From: Eledone cirrhosa
Taxonomy: Eukaryota
Direction of reading: 5' to 3'
Length of the DNA: 64,000 bases
Assembly: GCA_964016885.1 (NCBI GenBank)
Contig: OZ024763.1
Location: 22,568,001-22,632,000, forward strand
Both the position numbers and the translations under genes were made by a program. Under the pieces are notes generated by a model, which saw only the letters and a list, made by a program, of their open reading frames with translations, was not told the origin of the DNA and ran no database searches. Every line of letters begins with the position of its first letter. Positions within the stretch are counted from its first letter, which is position 1. This document shows positions 58,596 to 64,000 of this stretch, piece after piece.

Positions 58596-58689
58596 GTCCC
58601 TGGAAGACCAGAAAATTGCCCAAAAGGTTTACGAGGACATCTTAAAACAGGACAGGAGCAGTAAGGACAGCATGGAATGTGATGATGAG
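58596..58689 (+). CDS. CCDC50: CCDC50-like coding exon (94 nt): (R)SLEDQKIAQKVYEDILKQDRSSKDSMECDDE
   Basis: ctcag acceptor, GAG|gtaagt donor, phase 2-0, consistent with both neighbours. Contains the DxxIAQ motif. Confidence 0.85.
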
Positions 58690-59689
58690 GTAAGTTGGGG
58701 GGCTTGGGGGGGGGGGGTCATGGTGACAGTGAGGTGTTGTGGTCATAGCAACTGGGGGAGAGAAGGGTTAAAACAAAAGAGAGAAACTAAAGACAGCATG
58801 GGGGCTTGTGGGGTGGGGTGGGGTTATAGTGTTTAAGGTCTGGTGGTGTTATATCTATATTAGGGGGTTGGGGTGAGAGTAAAGTCCAGGGTGTGTGTGT
58901 GTAGGGGTGGGAGTATATTTAAATTGGGGGCTGGGGTGGGGTGGGGGTGGGATCATGGTGACTGGGAGTTTTATTGAGGCCTGGGTTGACAGTTTAGGGG
59001 GTCGTGGTAACAGAATTGTCTAGAGGGGGGGGGGGCAGTCTGGAGTAATGGCTGTTGTCTAGGTGTCATAGCAACAGGTAGTTTTTGGTGGGGTGGAGGG
59101 GGGGGTCTGGTGGTTATGGTGACTGGGGTTTTATTGGAGGGGGGAGGGTATGACAGTCTGTTGTCATAGCAACAAGGTTTTACTGGTGGTGGTTGGGGGG
59201 GGTGACAGCTGCTGCTGCTAAGATAAGAATGGTAGGGAGGGTGGGGGTAAGTTGGAGTAGTGGGGGTGTGCTGGGTAGGGTAAGAGTTTGTGATTGGTAA
59301 GACAGGTGTAGCAGGGAGTGGTGGGGCTGTGTACCCTCTACCACAACTACCCCTACAGTAACAACACCCACAAGTATCATGCAGTCTGCCCTTCCCCTAG
59401 CTGATAAAATCCCTTTGTAAGCAGGATAAGTAAGTAGCTCCCTTGAATATCCGCCCCACTCACCGACCCTGCACCCCTGTTCTAAAGCAGACAAGCAGGC
59501 AAGGGCTAGGCGCCATTACTGATTAGGTTAGCAAGGTAACAGGAGCTATCTACTACTTGCTGCTGTTAGGAGGAATCTTGTTTCATATGTACTCTTATTG
59601 CTAATGTATTGGGTCTCTATTTCCAGGAGAGAGCTGAGTTTTGCTTTACTCTCAGTTGTTTAATGGCAAAAAAGGATAAATACTGGTCT

Positions 59690-60212
59690 GATAAGCCCCA
59701 TGGCTTAGGAGAGACTTTAATCCTGCGATGGACTGGCATCCTATCCAGGGGTTGTCTTGTACTCTCACTTAATGTCATCAAAGCGAGGCTAAGCTCTGGT
59801 GAACCTTATGGCTTAGGAGAGACTTTAATCCTGTGATGGACTGGCATTCTGTCCGGGGGTAGTCTTGTACTCTCACTTAATGTCATCAAAGCAAGGCTAA
59901 GCTCTGGTGAACCTTATGGCTTGGGAGAGACTTTAATCCTGCGATGGGCTGGCATTCTGTCCAGGGGGAAGTCTTCTACTCTCACTTAATGTCAGCGAAA
60001 CGAGGCTAAGCTCTGGCCTGGGGAACCTTATGGCTTGGGAGAGACTTTAATCCTACATGGACTGGCATCCTATCCAGGGGAAGTCTTGTACTCCTGATGA
60101 ACCTTATGGCTTGGGGGAGACTTTAATCCTGCAATGGACTGACATCCTATCCAGGAAGAGTCTTGTACTCTCAGTTGCTTAAATCCAATAAAACTAAGAC
60201 AATCTCTGGCCT
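59690..60212 (+). repeat. Diverged tandem repeat of about 108 bp (4-5 units)
   Basis: TGGCTT(A/G)GGAGAGACTTTAATCCT at 59701, 59809, 59917, 60031 and 60107. Confidence 0.85.
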
Positions 60213-60250
60213 AACTTTAATCTAGTCTGTATATTTTCTGTGTAATCTAG

Positions 60251-60404
60251 GAATTAGCCCGACAGATGCAAGAGAAAGAAAAGAGGAAATATGATCGGTA
60301 TTTAGAGAAGAAGAGAGAACGTCAGCTGAAGAGAGAGAGGGAGAAGATAGAGAAGAAACTTGCTGAACAATCTGAAGAGGCTAGACTAACGACATTTACA
60401 CCTG
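60251..60404 (+). CDS. CCDC50: CCDC50-like coding exon (154 nt): ELARQMQEKEKRKYDRYLEKKRERQLKREREKIEKKLAEQSEEARLTTFTP
   Basis: tctag acceptor, CTG|gtaggt donor, phase 0-1. DEELARQMQEKE across the splice junction is an MIU-like ubiquitin-binding motif followed by a charged coiled coil. Confidence 0.85.
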
Positions 60405-60456
60405 GTAGGTATTGTAGTAGTTTGTGGTGCTGCTGTTGGTGTTGTGTTTATACATA

Positions 60457-60881
60457 TCATCATTTTACGTCCGCTCTTCCCTGCTTGCAAGGGTTGGACG
60501 GGAACTGATTCGGGCTTCATTTCTACAGCTGGATTCCCTTCCTAACACCAACCTCATTTACAGTGAGTGCTGGGTGCTTTTTTGCCGTGGTGCCTACACG
60601 TCCACTTTACAGTGTGGGCTGGGTGCTTTTTTGCCATGGCACCTCCACGACCACTTTGCAGTGGACTGGGTGCTTTTTTGCCATGGCACCTCCACGACCA
60701 CTTTGCAGTGGACTGGGGTCCCCACCAGTCCCTATCATCTCATTTCTACAGCTGAGTAAACTGGAGCAATGTGAAATAAAGTGTCTTGCTCAAGGAAACA
60801 ACACATCACCCGGTCTGAGAATTGAACTCACAACCTTTCGATTGCAAGGCCAATGCTCTAACCACTAAGCCATGAGCCTCC
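60457..60881 (-). mobile_element. Full-length copy of the CORE-like SINE with an internal triplication
   Basis: Reverse complement of the 11084 family. Partial copies at 10699-10993 (-), 14817-14960 (+), 30917-31268, 38520-38640 (-), 38710-38805 (-), 44830-45185 (+). Confidence 0.85.
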
Positions 60882-60936
<55 letters not shown>

Positions 60937-60966
60937 TACATATATATATATATGTGTATATATATA

Positions 60967-61005
<39 letters not shown>

Positions 61006-61029
61006 TGTCTATGTGTCCCCTATTTCCAG

Positions 61030-61099
61030 ATGCAGTTGAGAATATTAGAGAGAATATTGACAGTCTTCACTTAGAGAAGACGACACCTTCCAGTGTCAG
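61030..61099 (+). CDS. CCDC50: Probable next CCDC50-like exon (70 nt): (D)[22 protein letters not shown]
   Basis: ttccag acceptor and CAG|gtaagt donor. The phase 1 start fits the preceding exon and the frame is open. The peptide itself is not recognisable. Confidence 0.7.
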
Positions 61100-61126
61100 G
61101 TAAGTGATTCTCTCAACACTCTTGTT

Positions 61127-63570
61127 ACAACACTTACCTGTATACACACCTGAGTACTTACATACTCTCCCTCCCTCACCTGTACTCCTGCTCACAACAC
61201 TTACCTGTATACACACCTGAGTACTTACATACTCTCCCTCCCTCACCTGTACTCCTGCTCACAACACTTACCTGTATACACACCTGAGTACTTACATACT
61301 CTCCCTCCCTCACCTGTACTCCTGCTCACAACACTTACCTGTATACACACCTGAGTACTTACATACTCTCTCTCCCTCACCTGTACTCCTGCTCACAACA
61401 CTTACCTGTATACACACCTGAGTACTTACATACTCTCTCTCCCTCACCTGTACTCCTGCTCACAACACTTACCTGTATACACACCTGAGTACTTACATAC
61501 TCTCCCTCCCTCACCTGTACTCCTGCTCACAACACTTACCTGTATACACACCTGAGTACTTACATACTCTCCCCCACCTGTACTCCTGCTCACAACACTT
61601 ACCTGTATACACACCTGAGTACTTACATACTCTCCCTCCCTCACCTGTACTCCTGTTCACAACACTTACCTGTATACACACCTGAGTACTTACATACTCT
61701 CTCTCCCTCACCTGTACTCCTGCTCACAACACTTACCTGTATACACACCTGAGTACTTACATACTCTCCCTCCCTCACCTGTACTCCTGTTCACAACACT
61801 TACCTGTATACACACCTGAGTACTTACATACTCTCCCTCACCTGTACTCCTGCTCACAACACTTACCTGTATACACACCTGAGTACTTACATACTCTCCC
61901 TCCCTCACCTGTACTCCTGCTCACAACACTTACCTGTATACACACCTGAGTACTTACATACTCTCCCTCCCTCACCTGTACTCCTGCTCACAACACTTAC
62001 CTGTATACACACCTGAGTACTTACATACTCTCTCTCCCTCACCTGTACTCCTGCTCACAACACTTACCTGTATACACACCTGAGTACTTACATACTCTCC
62101 CTCCCTCACCTGTACTCCTGTTCACAACACTTACCTGTATACACACCTGAGTACTTACATACTCTCCCTCACCTGTACTCCTGCTCACAACACTTACCTG
62201 TATACACACCTGAGTACTTACATACTCTCCCTCCCTCACCTGTACTCCTGCTCACAACACTTACCTGTATACACACCTGAGTACTTACATACTCTCCCTC
62301 CCTCACCTGTACTCCTGCTCACAACACTTACCTGTATACACACCTGAGTACTTACATACTCTCTCTCCCTCACCTGTACTCCTGCTCACAACACTTACCT
62401 GTATACACACCTGAGTACTTACATACTCTCCCTCCCTCACCTGTACTCCTGCTCACAACACTTACCTGTATACACACCTGAGTACTTACATACTCTCCCT
62501 CCCTCACCTGTACTCCTGCTCACAACACTTACCTGTATACACACCTGAGTACTTACATACTCTCTCTCCCTCACCTGTACTCCTGCTCACAACACTTACC
62601 TGTATACACACCTGAGTACTTACATACTCTCCCTCCCTCACCTGTACTCCTGCTCACAACACTTACCTGTATACACACCTGAGTACTTACATACTCTCCC
62701 TCCCTCACCTGTACTCCTGCTCACAACACTTACCTGTATACACACCTGAGTACTTACATACTCTCTCTCCCTCACCTGTACTCCTGCTCACAACACTTAC
62801 CTGTATACACACCTGAGTACTTACATACTCTCCCTCCCTCACCTGTACTCCTGTTCACAACACTTACCTGTATACACACCTGAGTACTTACATACTCTCC
62901 CCCACCTGTACTCCTGCTCACAACACTTACCTGTATACACACCTGAGTACTTACATACTCTCCCTCCCTCACCTGTACTCCTGCTCACAACACTTACCTG
63001 TATACACACCTGAGTACTTACATACTCTCCCTCCCTCACCTGTACTCCTGCTCACAACACTTACCTGTATACACACCTGAGTACTTACATACTCTCCCTC
63101 CCTCACCTGTACTCCTGCTCACAACACTTACCTGTATACACACCTGAGTACTTACATACTCTCCCCCACCTGTACTCCTGTTCACAACACTTACCTGTAT
63201 ACACACCTGAGTACTTACATACTCTCCCCCACCTGTACTCCTGTTCACAACACTTACCTGTATACACACCTGAGTACTTACATACTCTCCCCCACCTGTA
63301 CTCCTGCTCACAACACTTACCTGTATACACACCTGAGTACTTACATACTCTCCCTCACCTGTACTCCTGCTCACAACACTTACCTGTATACACACCTGAG
63401 TACTTACATACTCTCCCTCCCCCACCTGTACTCCTGCTCACAACACTTACCTGTATACACACCTGAGTACTTACATACTCTCCCCCACCTGTACTCCTGC
63501 TCACAACACTTACCTGTATACACACCTGAGTACTTACATACTCTCCCTCACCTGTACTCCTGTTCATAAC
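61127..63570 (+). repeat. 67/63-bp minisatellite (about 36 units)
   Basis: Unit CACAACACTTACCTGTATACACACCTGAGTACTTACATACTCTCCCTCCCTCACCTGTACTCCTGCT. Confidence 0.95.
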
Positions 63571-63694
63571 ATTTGTACTCACAATACTTCTACAACCACA
63601 CACACACACAAAACATACACACACATCTGTTCTTAGACATCCACACAAACAGACACCACCTGTATACATATATATATAGTCTTGATAATGTGTG

Positions 63695-63885
<191 letters not shown>

Positions 63886-63943
63886 TATATAAAATGATGA
63901 TGATGACATCATCATCATCATTTTATATATATTTATATATATA

Positions 63944-63979
<36 letters not shown>

Positions 63980-64000
63980 AAAGAATAGAGGTGTAACACA

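Noticed and set aside
57378-58836. His/Thr/Pro-rich long ORFs
   Set aside because: CAC/CAA low-complexity intron sequence; only 58596-58689 is supported as an exon.
45772-63570. Regular arrays (47, 89, 67 bp) as possible CRISPR arrays
   Set aside because: No unique spacers, no cas genes and a eukaryotic context; these are ordinary tandem repeats.

Overview
Repeat-dominated animal genomic DNA, most likely an octopod cephalopod (inferred from the SINE families and the extreme (TA)n/(CA)n/(CCA)n load), with one 200-N gap at 19550-19749. The only host gene I can support is a + strand CCDC50 (Ymer)-like gene: five phase-compatible GT-AG coding exons at 27207-27269, 54409-54547, 58596-58689, 60251-60404 and 61030-61099, including a 27-kb intron. 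Its start and end exons were not found in the window. Almost all long ORFs in the track are translations of simple repeats. Mobile DNA includes a Penelope-like GIY-YIG fragment, RTE and R4/Dong-type LINE 3' ends, two tRNA-SINE families, MITEs and many minisatellites. The most striking signal is about 20 complete, partial or degenerate type I hammerhead ribozyme (HHR) motifs in short elements inserted in (TA)n. Many of these elements are fold-back palindromes whose junctions fall on the ribozyme core or stem II. Several unrelated families share an RTTGAGTDCY motif about 40-60 nt from their (TA)n junction. One locus (31612-32407) looks like a greater-than-unit-length 422-bp retrozyme-like monomer. 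All calls were made by eye; no searches or folding programs were run.
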